Source of the DNA: Eledone cirrhosa
Taxonomy: Eukaryota
Assembly (NCBI GenBank): GCA_964016885.1
Contig: OZ024751.1
Span: 7,192,001-7,256,000, forward strand
Length of the DNA: 64,000 bases
Direction: 5' to 3'
Shown here: positions 1 to 13,497 of the stretch, one piece after another
Layout: every line of letters begins with the position of its first letter
How positions within the stretch are numbered: the stretch's first letter is position 1
Program-made: the position numbers and the translations under genes
The notes under the pieces: model-generated
What the model was told of the DNA's origin: nothing
What the model saw: the letters and a program-made list of their open reading frames with translations, nothing else
Databases searched by the model: none

Positions 1-3000
1 AAGAAAGAACATACATATTCACACATGCATCTTTAGTGTTTAGACTTGTGATGTACTTATATTGACAGAATCTTCCTTAGTATATGGGCAGTTCCCATTA
101 GTACTATCTTTTGTATTTCTCCTATACGCGGGTTTCCTGGGATTTGCGATATGTAATCATTAGACCCCTTAGGTATCATTCCCAGAGCGCCTACAACCAC
201 TGGTATTGTTTTAGTTCTCAATTTCCACATTTTTCCAATTTCTATCTCCAGGTCCTTATACTTGCTCAATTTTTCAAATGTTTTTATAGATACATTCTTG
301 TCTATTGGAACAGACATATCAAGTAGCAGGCATACCCTCTTTTGAAAGTATTTCAATATTATATCAGGTCTGTTTGCATCTATCTTTCGGTCTGTTTGGA
401 TGCTAAAGTTCCACAAGATTGAGATGTGATCTTTTTCAAGTATGGGAGGTGGTTGATGCTCCCACCAATTCTTTTGATGGGGCAGGTCAAAATGCTTACA
501 CATTATCCAATGTATGTATTGTGCAGCTCTGTCATGCCTGTTTAGGTATTCGGTTGGAGCTATAGGACTGCACATTGAAATTATATGGTCAATGGTCTCT
601 GGTTGTTTTTTGCATACACGGCATAATGGGCTGCACCCATTTTTTATTATGTTGGCTTGGTAATTTTTTGTTGGCAGACACTGATCTTGTGCCGATATAA
701 TCAGTCCTTCAGTCTCCGATTTCAGTCCAGAGGATGCCAACCACTGATGCGTTAAAGTTTTGTCAACATCAGGATTGTTAGCTCGCTCTGGGTATTTTCC
801 ATACAGAGGCTTTTCTTGCCATTTCTTAGCCAGTTTCTGTAGCAGTTCTTTCTTTGCAGTTACTACTACCTGCTTTGCTTTTTCTGTGTTTTCCATTTCA
901 GCAGTAAATGGGACTTCTGAAATTTGTAGTCCATTACTGTATCTTTGTGCATCTTTTGTAATGGAATATGATCTTTTGATGCTTTCGTGTTTCAAAACGA
1001 GTTTGATCATCCAATCATGTGATTCCCTTAGATATGTAGATAATCCAATTGTTGCAGTTTTCAACGCAATATCTAACTGGATTAACCCACGTCCTCCTTC
1101 TTTACTAGGGAGATATATTCTATCTATATCTGCCTTAGGGTGATGCATTCTGTGCATGGTTAAGAATTTTCGAATTTTTGTATCGAGCCTACGGATCTCT
1201 GTGCTTGAGCAGTTGATGACATTGTAACTGTAGGTTACTACTGGTATGGCAAGCGTGTTTATGGCATCGATCCTATTCCTTGCATTCAATTCCGTTCTTA
1301 AGATTGCTCTTACTCTGCGGTAACATTCCTTCCTTATCCTTTCCCTCATTGTCGAGTGCTTGATTCCGTCTCCTTCACAAACACCTAGATATTTGTAAGT
1401 TTTTTCTTGATCAAGTTCTCTTATCACGTTCCCCCGAACAAGATTAATGTCTGAACTATTCAGCAGCTTTCCTCTGGTGAACGTTGCTTTGGCGCATTTA
1501 TCCAGTCCAAACTCCATTTTAATGTCATCACTGAACTTCTTCACAATGGATAATAGCCCTTGCAATTGTTCATCATTTTTTGCAAATAGTTTCAGGTCAT
1601 CCATGTAGAACAGGTGATTAATTGTTTTGTCATAGACTTTATATCCATGTTTTGTTTCATTGAGCATTTTACTTAATGGTATAAGTGCGATGCAGAATAA
1701 AAGCGGTGATAAAGAGTCACCCGGAAAAATTCCACAATTAATATTAACTTCTCCAGCTTCCAGTGATTTTGTTTCACTATTCAAAAGGAGTGTCGTTTTC
1801 CATGTCTTCATACTGAATGACAAAATCCTCCTGACAACGGGGGATACTTTGAAAATCTCTAAACATTTTTCAATCCAACTGTGTGGCAAACTATCAAATG
1901 CTTTTTTATAATCTATCCAAGCAATCGATAGATTTTTGTGTCTATTATGACAATCTTCCAGTATCATTTTGTTAACCAGAAGCTGATCCTTACAGCCATA
2001 TGAGCCTCGTTTACACCCTTTCTGCTCAATGGGAAATAGGTCATTTGTTATCAGGTGGTCATATGTGTATTCAGTTAGGACTGATGTTAAAATGTTATCC
2101 ATTGTGGTCAAGCAAGTTATCGGTCTGTAATCTTTGGAATTGTTTGTCTCATCATTCTTCGGAAGCAGGAATGTAATGCCGTTAACTAGCTATGAAGGTA
2201 TCTTTTCTGGCTCCTTAACTATTTCATTGTAAAGTTGGGCTAACAGCTCATGAGACTCTGTGAAGGCATTTATCCAAAAGTTTTGTACTTTGTCTTTTCC
2301 TGGGGATTTCCATTTGCTGGTTTTTCTTAGAGCCAAGCGCAACTGTTCAACTGTAATATTTTCCCATGTTTGTTCCTCAAGGTGAGCTGTATCTTTCATT
2401 TGTCTGTCTATCCATGGGGCATGTATGTTATGAACTTTTTCTTCGGCCCAGATCTTTTCCCAGAATTCTTGCACTTCCTCCTTGGGTGGTATTGATTTAG
2501 CAGTTATTGTTGACTTACCAATTTTTCTGTAGAAGTTTCTTTGGTTGTTTTTGAACATATTATTGTCCTTATAGAATCTAGATCGTTTTTCAAAGCGCCT
2601 TATACGAGCAGCTTTGGCCGACACTTTTTGCTTGATTATTTCTATCAGCATGTCTATGTCACATGTTGATTTTATACTGTACTTTTTTTTCAATTTTCTA
2701 AGTTTAGTTTGTTTAACATGTTCACCTACTTTATAGTTTGTTAAAATTTCTATGTCAGATCGGAGAAGGTTTATTTGGCGATTGATGTTCTCTTGCCAAG
2801 TAGATTTCTGGTGGGAATTCCTTTGTTTTTTCATCTTCACTCCACATAAGTGAGTGGTGACTTTAGCCGATGCATAATAGGGATGATTTAAATCAGTAAT
2901 GTTTAGTTTGTTTGTGATGATAATGTTTTTGAGAATTATGTTAGTCTTGTGTATTATCTTTTGGTTCTGTTTGGAGTTCTGGATCTTAGGGAGGGTGTCT

Positions 3001-3870
3001 CGTTGCCCCATGTCAGATTCTTTCATTTTCATCCATTCGATCATAATTTCATCCTTCAAGTTGGCAAGTTCATTCTCATTCCTTTCTTTATCATTTACGA
3101 TCTCATTATTTTCATTTGGAGTTTCATCCTGAGCATGCACTCCCTCCACTTTTTCGATCCTTTCTTTAATTTTTTCTGTTGCCAGTGATTACGCCCCAAT
3201 CCTGGGATTCGAAGTGTTACAGTTTACCTCGTTTTCACTGACACATGTTTCATTTTCCCTTCGCTGACTTTGTGCTAATAACTTGATCTGATCAATTTCT
3301 ATATCAGTTAGTAACTTTTTTCTTACAATATTTCTTCGTATATTGGCTAGTTTGTTACTGTCAATATAGCCTCTGTTTTCGGGATGTTTCTTTTTCCAGT
3401 TGATATATGTCTGTTCTGTATTCGATGTATTTGATGGGTAGTACATGGCAGTGTAGAAAGCCTCAAGGATTTCTTTGTTATCTTCCCTTGACCATTTTTC
3501 TCTCTTTTTCTTTGGATTTCTTGGTGGTGAGCTTGGAGGGCCAACAGTAGGAGTATTCCGGTTATGGGAGGTCTCCAGCTCCGAAGTGATGGGAAGGTTT
3601 GAACCATTAGCTGATTTTTCGACCCCAGTCTGGTTCATCTCTGAGGGACGCGGCCCTATTTTACCCGGGTGACGGCCGATCCGGTATGAGATTTTATCAT
3701 TAGAAATTTACTTTATTTTTTCGCGTTTTATCCTTATCCGCCAAGGGGTAATCATTTCGAGTTACCACATCTAGAACGAGTGTCAACCAAGACTAGAGGG
3801 GTCGTGCTCCCCTAGAGACACGGCTATTCCCCGCCAGCCGCCATCCCGGTATTTCTTGGTCAAGGGGTTT
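1..3870 (-). mobile_element. R4/Dong-clade non-LTR retrotransposon (RT + restriction-like endonuclease), near full length; 3' UTR runs off the window start
   Basis: Single long reading frame plus about 230 bp GC-richer 5' leader; positions 1-56 match the start of the 3' UTR of the copy at 56969-57968. Confidence 0.9.
57..3638 (-). pseudogene. Dong/R4 polyprotein (Myb-like N-terminus, RT, CCHC knuckle, RLE) with two nonsense codons
   Basis: ORFs 3189-3638, 2190-3149 and 57-2111 are in the same frame, separated only by stops at 3189-3191 and 2190-2192 (reads ..EKIPS*LVNGITFLLPK..DYRPITCL). Motifs: AWIDYKKAFDSLPH, GDSLSP, HLFYMDDLK, CRVC..ETIDHIISMC, RPDII..DMSVP..K.SKY. Confidence 0.9.
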
Positions 3871-3949
3871 TCTTTTTGTTGTTTTTTTTTAAATTGTTAT
3901 TATCATGAGTGGTTCCTTAATGTGAGCATTGCGTGGCTTAAGAATGAAA

Positions 3950-4005
3950 TTATTAATAATTGTCTCCACTCCAGGCACAAGGCCAGCAATCACCCAGTGC
4001 ATTAC
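3950..4005 (-). mobile_element. 3' fragment of SINE family B
   Basis: ggcacaaggccagcaatcacccagtgcattac matches the 3' end of the family B copies (e.g. 45450-45503, reverse complement). Confidence 0.55.
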
Positions 4006-4384
4006 AATAATATAATATACTTTTTGTTGTAGTTGGCTGTTATTGTTGTTGGCTATGTCGGTGGTGGTGCCGGGGCTTTTTATATTGTTGGTGAGGAAGG
4101 GGTGAGCCAGCAGTCCCATAGTTGTTGATATTGACGTTTGGCCTTGGCCAGGTCACTAAGTCAATCTATTTATATCTTTTGCTAGCCTCTCCCTTGTCTA
4201 GTGATACCGCCACCTTCCCCTTTCTCTCTCAAGTTAACAGGGGAATAGTGGTGGTAGCATTGAAGGAGTGGTGGCGGCGGGGAGATGTGGGAGACAGTAG
4301 CGGCGGTATCGATACTGAGACAGTGGTGGTGGTGATGTCGATAACGAGGCAGTGGTCGTGGTGATGTGGTCGTATTATTATTAT

Positions 4385-4480
4385 TAAACCCCCACTGTCC
4401 CTGTCTTTGTATTGTCCCCTACATGTCGGCCCTTGTGGCTAATAAATGAAATCATTATTATTATTATTATTATTATTATT
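4385..4480 (+). mobile_element. 3'-end remnant of a Tx1-like LINE with (ATT)n tail
   Basis: ccttgtggctaataaatgaaatc(att)n resembles the 3' end of the downstream element, cccttgtggttaataaagaaaac(att)n at 9781-9860. Confidence 0.6.
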
Positions 4481-4822
4481 GGCGACCTACGTAGTAAATC
4501 GTATCATCGTGAGCTCCGCAAAGGTTTGTTATCTCCGTTTGTTAAAAATTGTCATTTATGGAAAATTTTATTGTTAACTGTTTATAAGCGCACATACATT
4601 GTTTTCCGAAAAGGACACCCAAAAATATTGGGGCCTTGTGCCCAAAATTTAAACTTTTATTATTATCAAAAAAATTTCTTTGAAAAAAATGGCTAATTCA
4701 CCTCTGCACGAAGCAGCTGAAAGCCTTCCTCACAAATTAACACCTCACACCGACACCACCATTGTAAATGTTACTACGTTTGCCAACACAAAAAAAATAT
4801 AAGCACTAGCAATATTTTAAAT

Positions 4823-6188
4823 TTGTCTCAGGCAGACATTCATTTCCCGCCATTACCAATGACTGCAGGTGTTAAAGCCTCCACCACCACCACCACCGCG
4901 ACGACCACCACCACCACCACCACCGCGACAACAGAAACAAAAGAAGAAAAAAATAAATTAACTCGTGATGTCGAAATGAAATCAAGCAAAATGGACTCTT
5001 CCCCACCAAAGACGAATGACGTCACCACCACCACAACTGAAACTAAAATTAATATTAACACAAAAAACGAAAGCAACAACAACAACAATGACATTATAAA
5101 AACGCCCCTCAGTTTTGCAATAGTAGCAAAACAGTTCGAAGCATTTACGGTAACTCAGGAGGATTTAGAAAATGCCAAACAAATGGTAAATAAAGATGGG
5201 TACAGGGTCAGCCTACCCCCCACCTAATAAAATGGAGCATCGGCACTTATGCACCGTGTCGTATCGAACAATAAATGTAAAATCGTGCCGAGTGGAACGG
5301 GCATCCGAGTCCCAAATCCAAAAAGCTTTGGGACATGTGTGGGCAAGAAAAACCCACATCAGACGTGGGCAAAAGTATGGAACCGTGTACGTGTTCTTTG
5401 AAACACCAGAGGAGGCTAGAGAACACTCCATGGCCCCAATAAGAAGTGACGACTTCACACTCGTCCCAAGCTATTGTGGCCAGAGACTCGTAAAGATCAG
5501 GGTGACCCACGTTCCACCGGCCATCGAAATTCCCTGGCTAATAGCGGCTGTCCTCGCCGGCATCGAAGCCAACACGAAAATAATAGCAATAGCAAAAGAA
5601 AAGCAAGAGAACTGGTCCGGATCTGGGATGGAGCTCCTGATCCAAGCGGACCAAAAAAGCATTGAGGAGATCCCAGAGGTAATAGACCTCACTGACGGCA
5701 GCCACCTCACGGTAATTGTCGAGGGCAGAAGACCTAGGTGTGTCGTTTGTGGTGAAGGAACCCACCTAAGGGCTTTCTGCCCTCAGACTAAAAGGTTGAG
5801 GCCACCTCTCCTACCCACCCAAGTGACACCACCATCAACAACACCAGTAGCAGAGATGGCAGCAACAACTGTAGCAGCAACAACAAAAGCAACTATAACA
5901 GCAACAACCCCAGCAACAGTAACAAAACCAACACCACCACCACCACCAGCAAAACCAATACCACCACCACCCAACGCTTCAGAACTAGCACCAGCGCCGA
6001 CACCATCCACCACGCCACAACCAAAACTAACGGCTGTGGAGGATTTTCCACTCCCCGGCCTATCACAACTGGAGACAGATTGTGACGACGAGGAGTGGGA
6101 AACGATATCCGGAAAAAAAAAGAAAGCAAAAAAGAAAAAATTCTCTTCCTTCCCCCTCCAAAAACAAAATACAGAGGGAAACAAATAA
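4823..6188 (+). pseudogene. Tx1-like ORF1 (RRM-like segment, CCHC zinc knuckle, Pro/Thr-rich tail), frameshift near 5200-5227
   Basis: PLSFAIVAK; YGTVYVFFETPEEA (RNP-like); CVVCGEGTHLRAFC zinc knuckle; WETISGKKKK. Confidence 0.7.
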
Positions 6189-6712
6189 ATTAAGAAACCA
6201 AAAAGTTAGGACAGATAGGCCACCATCCACACCAGCATCACCAACTCCATCAACGCAAACACCAACACCATCACCATCATTAACCCCAACACCACCATCA
6301 CCTACACCACAAAAGTCACCAAAATGCAAAACAGAAACAAACCCACAACAAACGCAAACAAAACAATACAACCAAAACGATACACACTACACAGCATTAA
6401 CTTTGAACAACAAGCAATTATTACACTACATCCAACACAACACCAGCATCACAGAAAAAGACTAAACAACAACCCCAAAATTCACACCACCTCCACACAT
6501 ACAAATCACTCGTATAACACAGAAAACGTACATGACACTAAAACAAAAATTCCCAAAAGACATCGGAGACTTCCGACAAGCACTCTCCAGGAGGATTTAT
6601 AAGGACATCCTTCCTGAGGAGGCCACAAGCAGTGAAAAGGATGGAAAAACCGTCCTTCCCCTACGAGAAGTAAGGTAAGTGGTCTTTCCCATCTTTTCCA
6701 CTCCTTTTCAAC

Positions 6713-9558
6713 ATGACCTCACTCAGAATAGGCAGCATAAATGCGCGTGGCTTGGGGTTGTCATGGAAGCAGGGCCACCTGCTCAACGACCTCAGGTCAC
6801 TAAACATAGATGTAGTGGCCATCAGCGAGACCAGAATCTCCGAAGCACAGGCTTTCGCACCGATCTTCGGCGGCTACGATGTGTACGCATCTCCCAGCCG
6901 TCCGGGATCGGGGGAGGAGTTGCTGTGCTTTTTCGGAGAGGTTTGGATCTTGCCATACGGGCCATCTTCCTGGACCCAGAAGGTAAGTTGGTGGTGCTGG
7001 ACGTGACCAGCGGAGACGGCCAAGCTTTCAGTTTAGTGGCCGTCTATGTCCCGACAGGAGCAGGGCGGCCTGATTTCTTCCGGCGTCTGGAGACCTTTCT
7101 TGGAACGTCCCGCTCTTTAGTGTTAGTGGGCGACTGGAACGGGATCTTAGATGCACGCTGGGATTGTGTGGGATTAGTGGATAGGGAAGGAGGGTGCAAT
7201 AGTCTCACCAACCTGCTCAGGCGTTTTGAAACTGTCTGACAGGTACCGAATGGATTTCCCGAATGTACCAATGTGGACCTGGACGAATCGCATAGGGTCA
7301 TCCAGATCATATCTAGATAGAGTATTTTGTAGGGAAATAAATAGGTCTAGCATAGGCTGTCCACAATTCAAGATAGTCAGCTACACGCACCACAAATTCG
7401 TGATCTGTGTGCTTGACTTAGATAGGCTTCATAGACGAGGACCCGGCTACTGGAAGCTAAACGCGTCCTTACCAGCGCGCAAGGCCTACAGAGACCGGAT
7501 TAGCGAACTAGTTAAGCGGGCGTTGACGAGGCCATCGTCAACAACAAGTGGTGGTTTGCTCTGAAAAGAGCAATTAGAATAGAGTCCATTAGGTTTAGTA
7601 AGACTTTAGCAATAGAGAAAAATAGAGCAGAGGGAGAATTAGTTAGAAAATTAGATGAGGCGCTTAGCAAAGGCATCGCGACCGACGTACTTGCGGCGAA
7701 ATTGGCCCTTGACCAATTCTTCAATGCAAAGCACGAAGGCTGCGTTGTCAGAGCTAGGGCGCGTGCTCTCAGACACTAGGGGACGAAAGCCGTTCAATGG
7801 GCCCGAGTGGCGGAGGCGCGTCGTGGCAACAAAGCCACGATCAGGTCTTTGGTGGACCACGACGGGCGCATGCTACTCGATCCCGGAAAAAAGTGTGAAG
7901 CTTTTCAGCGACACTTCACTCAACTGTTCGGGGGCAGTTGGGCCGGATCGAGGGATGGATTTTAGTGTCTATCTCGACGGACTGCCGCGGCTTTCGGCCA
8001 CTGATGCGGAGTTGCGAAAAGCCGATAACAACCGCTGAAGTACGGGATGCAATGACTAGTTGCACAAGGGGTAAATCGCCTGGTTTGGATGGTCTGCCCT
8101 ATGAACTTTACGTACAAATGCCAAACTTGTTCGGAGGCCTCTTGACGGACGTCTACTGCAACTGGCAACAGAACGGGAGAATTCCCAGCTCTGTGAGCCG
8201 AGAAGCGGTGGCGCTGCTGAGAAAGGATCCGAACAAGGGGGATAACATAGATAATTCTAGGCCCAAAACTCTGCTAAACACAGAGTTCAAGATTTTGGCC
8301 AAGGTGCTAGCAAAGAGGTTGGCGCTTGTCGTTGGTGGTCTTGTGGGAGAGGCACATACATGCGCCATTCCCGACAGATCCATCCACGACAACCTCCACC
8401 TCATGCAATACATCGTAGAGAGGGTAGCTAGGGAACCTGGCACGGGTGGGTCTTTGATCAATTTAGATCAGTCGAAAGCCTTCGATAGGGTCGACCATCG
8501 TTACCTAGCGGCAGTCCTGAGGGCGGCTGGCTTTGGGCCCGTCTTCAGAGGCTGGATCGCTTCCAAGCACAGCGACATCTGCTCTGCAGTGAGAGTGAAC
8601 GGTCACCTTTCGGAACCGTTCAACATCATGCGCTCGGTCCGCCAAGGATGTCCCTCTCGTCCCTATTGTACGTATTGACTCTCGAGCCATTACTGCACAA
8701 ACTGGAGACGTTGAGGGGGGTCCCGCGCGAACTAGGATGCGGAAGATCCGTGTCAGCATATGCCGACGATGTCACCGTAGTGGTGTCGAACGCCAAACAC
8801 ATCGAGGCGATCGGCACTACACTAAGAGAATACGAAGCGGTGACAGGAGCAATGATCAACCAGGAAAAGTCAGTGGGCCTGCAGCTCGGCACCTGGAGAG
8901 GCAGGTTCATGCCGTCCAACAGCGTCGTCGGGCGCTGGACGGACGGACTGGTTAAATTGCTAGGGGTCTGGTTCGGTCCAGACCTCCAGACGGGACGGAC
9001 AAAAACTGGGACGAGGTGACGAGCAGGGTGGCTTCTCTCACCCAGAAATGGGCCGAGAGGAAGCTATCCTTGAAAGGTCGAGCGGTGGTGGCTAACGCGT
9101 ACATCGCGTCCGTCATCTACTACCGCCTGACCGTCGTACCTTGTCCTAAGCCCCGCCTGACTGCGCTGGAGCGTTTGCTCTTTCGCTTCCAGTGTCTGAG
9201 CATTGCTGACTTGTGGGTTTATGTCGAACACCTGCTGTCACGTGTAGGACGGATCCAGCTATCAGCTGAGTCCATCGTGAGGATTTCCCCGCCCTCTTCC
9301 TTTAGCCTGGAAGGGCAGGCAGTTTTTATCTGTCTGGTGGCCATGGCGAAAGAGATAGTATGGTGGGCACGTTTGAAAGGGCTGAAGACGAGCACTTACC
9401 TCTTCGGTGATGCCCTGATTAACTTTTTCAAATTTCATCTGAAAAGGAAAATCAGGGTAGAGAGGGAAGTGCTCTCTTCCCAGCATTTTGTTGAAAGATG
9501 GGTGAGACAAGCAAGTATGGCCCGAATGAATGGGCTTTCTCTGAGTATGTGTCTGTAA
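6713..9558 (+). pseudogene. Tx1-like ORF2 (AP endonuclease + reverse transcriptase), multiple frameshifts
   Basis: GSINARGL, AISET, LVGDWN, SYLDRVF, RGPGYWKLNAS, KSPGLDGLPYE, LDQSKAFDRVDH, SVRQGCP, SAYADDVT across successive frames. Confidence 0.88.
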
Positions 9559-9802
9559 ATTAAAGGTGGAAAACTGGCAGAGGGCACTTGCCCTGGTGGT
9601 CAGGGCCTCTGTGGTCTTTTAATGGGCTTTCTCCACAAATGTCCCTCGGAAGTCTCCTCCCTATTGGGGAATTTTTCTTTGTTATTTTATTCCAACCTCT
9701 GTTTTTTTTTACGCGCAGAAATGCCCATTTGTACCGTCCTGTATTGTCCTGTACTGTCCTTAATGTCTACTTTATGTAAACCCTTGTGGTTAATAAAGAA
9801 AA

Positions 9803-9861
<59 letters not shown>

Positions 9862-10199
9862 GTATTATTTTTATTGATCAAGGTGTAGATATCGATAAAA
9901 TACGGATCAAAATTATCACCACAATCAGGGGTGGATTTAGACATTGTGAGATACAGGGCACTTCACATTTGGGGACATTTCATACACAAACATTTAGAAT
10001 ACATTGCAAACCACCCAATTTTACATATCAAAGTTAACTTAGAACTTTACTTCCAAGTAATTGGAATTGAAAATTTATACATAAATGTAATAAACTAAAC
10101 AATTCTATCCATCCTCAAACTAATAGGCCCAGCCTATGGAACAAATAAATTGCTACGGCCGAAGTTGGTGGGGATCCCTACTGCAAGGGGCCCGGCACA

Positions 10200-10452
10200 A
10201 TTATCCCCTTTGCTCCCACTGAAACCGTCCCTGACTAAACTTATGATGCTGAAGGACGTAACAGATTTGAAAACCTGTTCTGAGTGCACTAACATATAGT
10301 AGATCCAGTTCTTGCGCAAATCTTGAAAATATATCGTACGTTAGTGTGTATTCCCCCCTGTCCATACCCTCCAATGTTGTCCAGGGGAAAGGCAAAGGCC
10401 GATACAGCTTGGCACCAGTGAAGTCGCAACTCATTTCTACGGCTGAATGGGG
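10200..10452 (-). mobile_element. SINE family A, 3' portion
   Basis: The reverse complement shares agccgtagaaatgagttgcgac..ctggtgccaagctgtatcggcctttgccttt with the copy at 25445-25500. Confidence 0.6.
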
Positions 10453-10985
10453 AGACTAGTATATATGGGCGAGTTCCTGTCTTCCATAATTAACCTTGCC
10501 CAACTTTTCTTGGTGCAAATCTCATGGTTATTAATGAGCAAAGGTTGTGTTTACACGTAGGGAGTTTTAAACTTTCATACAGATTCGTGACGAACGCTTT
10601 CTTTGATAATTTCCAATCAGCTAAATGACATGTCTGAGCGAACACTGAAATAAACCTAATACATTGGTAGATGACTCATGTTTCATGAAATAATGATTAC
10701 AAGACTTTCAACTCCTTTCATTTGCATATTAACGGTATATTAAAATGAAGATAGAACGTGGATTTAGTCCCAGACACGAATACATATAAGACACACACTA
10801 AAACATTTAGGACTAGTCATATTTCCCGTCGTAAGATGGTGTGTGTATATGTATGTATATATATGTGTGTGTGTGCCTGCGTGTGTGTGTATATATGCAT
10901 GTGTATATGTTATGCACAGCCTTTGTGCATACATCTTTTGGGGCACCCTTAATATGTGTATGTTTGTGTGTGTATATATATATAT

Positions 10986-11270
10986 CAGGTCACCAGTTGG
11001 CGCTACTGGTAACATGTTTCCCAGTACAACCTGTCTCATGGTCGGGTCGTTGGCGACTAAACTGGCAACCCCACCAAGGTTTTTTGGCGAGGAGGGTGAC
11101 TTTGGACATCCTGCAGGGCTAAAAACAAAACCTGTCAAATGGGCAAATGAGCTTTAAGAGTCAATGGCCATCCAAAATCACCGGGAGAGATGGCCCTTAG
11201 CCTTTATCAAGGCAGAATTCTAGGAGAAGGAAAACTCTGATATAACACCTGCAACCCTGATGGTATCCAA
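10986..11270 (+). mobile_element. Probable 5' leader fragment of an RTE-type LINE or derived SINE
   Basis: GC-rich island flanked by (TA)n containing ctaggagaaggaaaactctga, a motif recalled from RTE-clade 5' regions; not verified. Confidence 0.35.
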
Positions 11271-11349
11271 TTATGTTGACTTGTTATTCTTTTTGGTCGG
11301 TCTTTCCAGTTGCTAATACTATCTATCGGTCGCAACTCCAGGTAGAAGG

Positions 11350-11468
11350 AATAACGTGAAATAAAGTGTATTGCTCACGGACATAACGCATCGCCCGGTC
11401 CAGGAATCGAACTGACAATCTCAAGATTGTGAATCCAATTCTCTAACCACTCAGCCACACGTCTTCAA
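11350..11468 (-). mobile_element. tRNA-derived SINE family A, 5' part
   Basis: The reverse complement has an A-box-like tgagtggttag, B-box gttcgattcc and gtccgtgagcaatacactttatttcac. Confidence 0.75.
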
Positions 11469-11503
<35 letters not shown>

Positions 11504-11522
11504 CATATATATATATATATAT

Positions 11523-12175
11523 AGTAACCAGTGAAAGACTTGGTACATCTACATATGTATACGTGTGTGTATTCATATGCATACTAGTATTTCAGTATGC
11601 ATATGTAGATCTACATTTTTAACTTAATTGTTTAAGCGTCAGTCATACAAAAGTGAGTTACACACGAAGCGAAATTTAATTTCGTTTCGTTATTTGTTTT
11701 TATCGTCTCCGCTGAACCGGTGCGTACTCACACTCTATGCAAATTAGTCTGCCCACTACTAATTTTCATAGAAAAAGCATATAACGATATGTGCTTTTAC
11801 GATTCTCCAGAAAGGCCGGTAGATAGGTAAATATTGCTGATGAGTTGTAACAACAACGAAACTAGTTCAATATTCCTTGTCTGGCTTTCTGGAGAATAGA
11901 GGAAAGGCGTTTCCTCGAAAACCAGTATGACTCTAAAAACCGGTTTGTCTGTGTGTTTACATACAGAATAGCTGGGTTGCTCACAGTAAAGTAACCAGTA
12001 CATCTACCAGACTTGGTACATCTACATATGTATACGTGTGTGTATTCATATGCATACTAGTATTTCAGTATGCATATGTAGATGTACATTTTTAACTTAA
12101 TTGTTTAAGCGTCAGTCATACAAAAGTGAGTTACAAACGAAGCGAAATTTAATTTCGTTTCGTTATTTGTTTTTA

Positions 12176-12176
<1 letters not shown>
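11523..12176 (+). repeat. Direct repeat of about 473 bp (about 1.35 units) carrying a hammerhead; retrozyme/pLTR-like
   Basis: agacttggtacatctacatatg...ttatttgttttta occurs at 11536 and again at 12009. Confidence 0.8.
11830..11874 (+). ncRNA. Type I minimal hammerhead ribozyme
   Basis: aatattg-CTGATGA-gttgt(aaca)acaac-GAAA-ctag-TT-caatatt: 7-bp stem I, 5-bp stem II, palindromic ACTAGT stem III, GUU site. Confidence 0.85.
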
Positions 12177-12679
<503 letters not shown>

Positions 12680-13497
12680 TAACAGATTAAAGTTTAGCAA
12701 AGAATCGCTGCTTTCACCCTTGGTGAAAAACAATTACGTGCAAGGACAGAACCACGTTTATGGTATAAAAGAGGTCGTAGACTAATGTTCTCTAAGTGGT
12801 TCATAGAGACGTTCTCTGGCAATGAACGAAAAAACGAAGATAATAAGTCATATGTGGAGCGTGGAGAACAATAGCGTGCAAAGACAAAACCACGTAAATG
12901 GTATAGCAGAAGTCGTAGACTAAAATACTAACTAGGAGACCGAATGAATCTCCGCTACAGAGTTAAGAACAAAGCAAATAAATACAGAAGTAATAGGAAC
13001 AAATAAATACATACACGCAAACAGATACGTACATACACAAGCATACGCATAACCTTACCATAGGTATACAAAACCACGCACATATAAATATGTGTATGTG
13101 TGTATGCTTGTGTACAAATAAATAAATAATTATATAAACGTATATAAGTAAATAAATACGTATATAACAAGCGCTACACACATACCTACAAATAAATACA
13201 TGAAGGTTCGGAGACGTAAGTCAACTAAAACAAGAAGTACACATATACACACACCCACCATACGTACGAACCTACATACTCACGCAGACGCAAAACTCCC
13301 ATATACACATAAACAAGCCCAATACCAGAATATGTAAAAATTATACGCCAAAACAGTCAAATATACGTACGAGAAGGTATACAAACCTTCACAAAACATA
13401 CGGGTAATATATACTTACCTATGCAAAAAGTAAAGGAATAAACAAAACATATACTTAGCTCCCACATCAAGACGTAAATATCCACGTATAGATCGTG

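Larger units (their letters stand above)
4481..9861 (+). mobile_element. Tx1/L1-clade non-LTR retrotransposon, two ORFs, degenerate, bounded by (ATT)n
   Basis: Gag-like ORF1 followed by APE-RT ORF2, an AATAAA near 9792 and (ATT)n on both sides. Confidence 0.85.

Noticed and set aside
6609-6650. Other CTGANGA occurrences (6614, 26531, 32528, 43823, 50705, 52697)
   Set aside because: No paired stem II followed by GAAA and NUH with a closing stem I.
10986-11070. Possible HDV-like ribozyme (ccagtt/aactgg, gtcg-ttgg-cgac, ctaa)
   Set aside because: P2-, P4- and J4/2-like pieces are present, but no valid P3/L3/P1 arrangement could be built.
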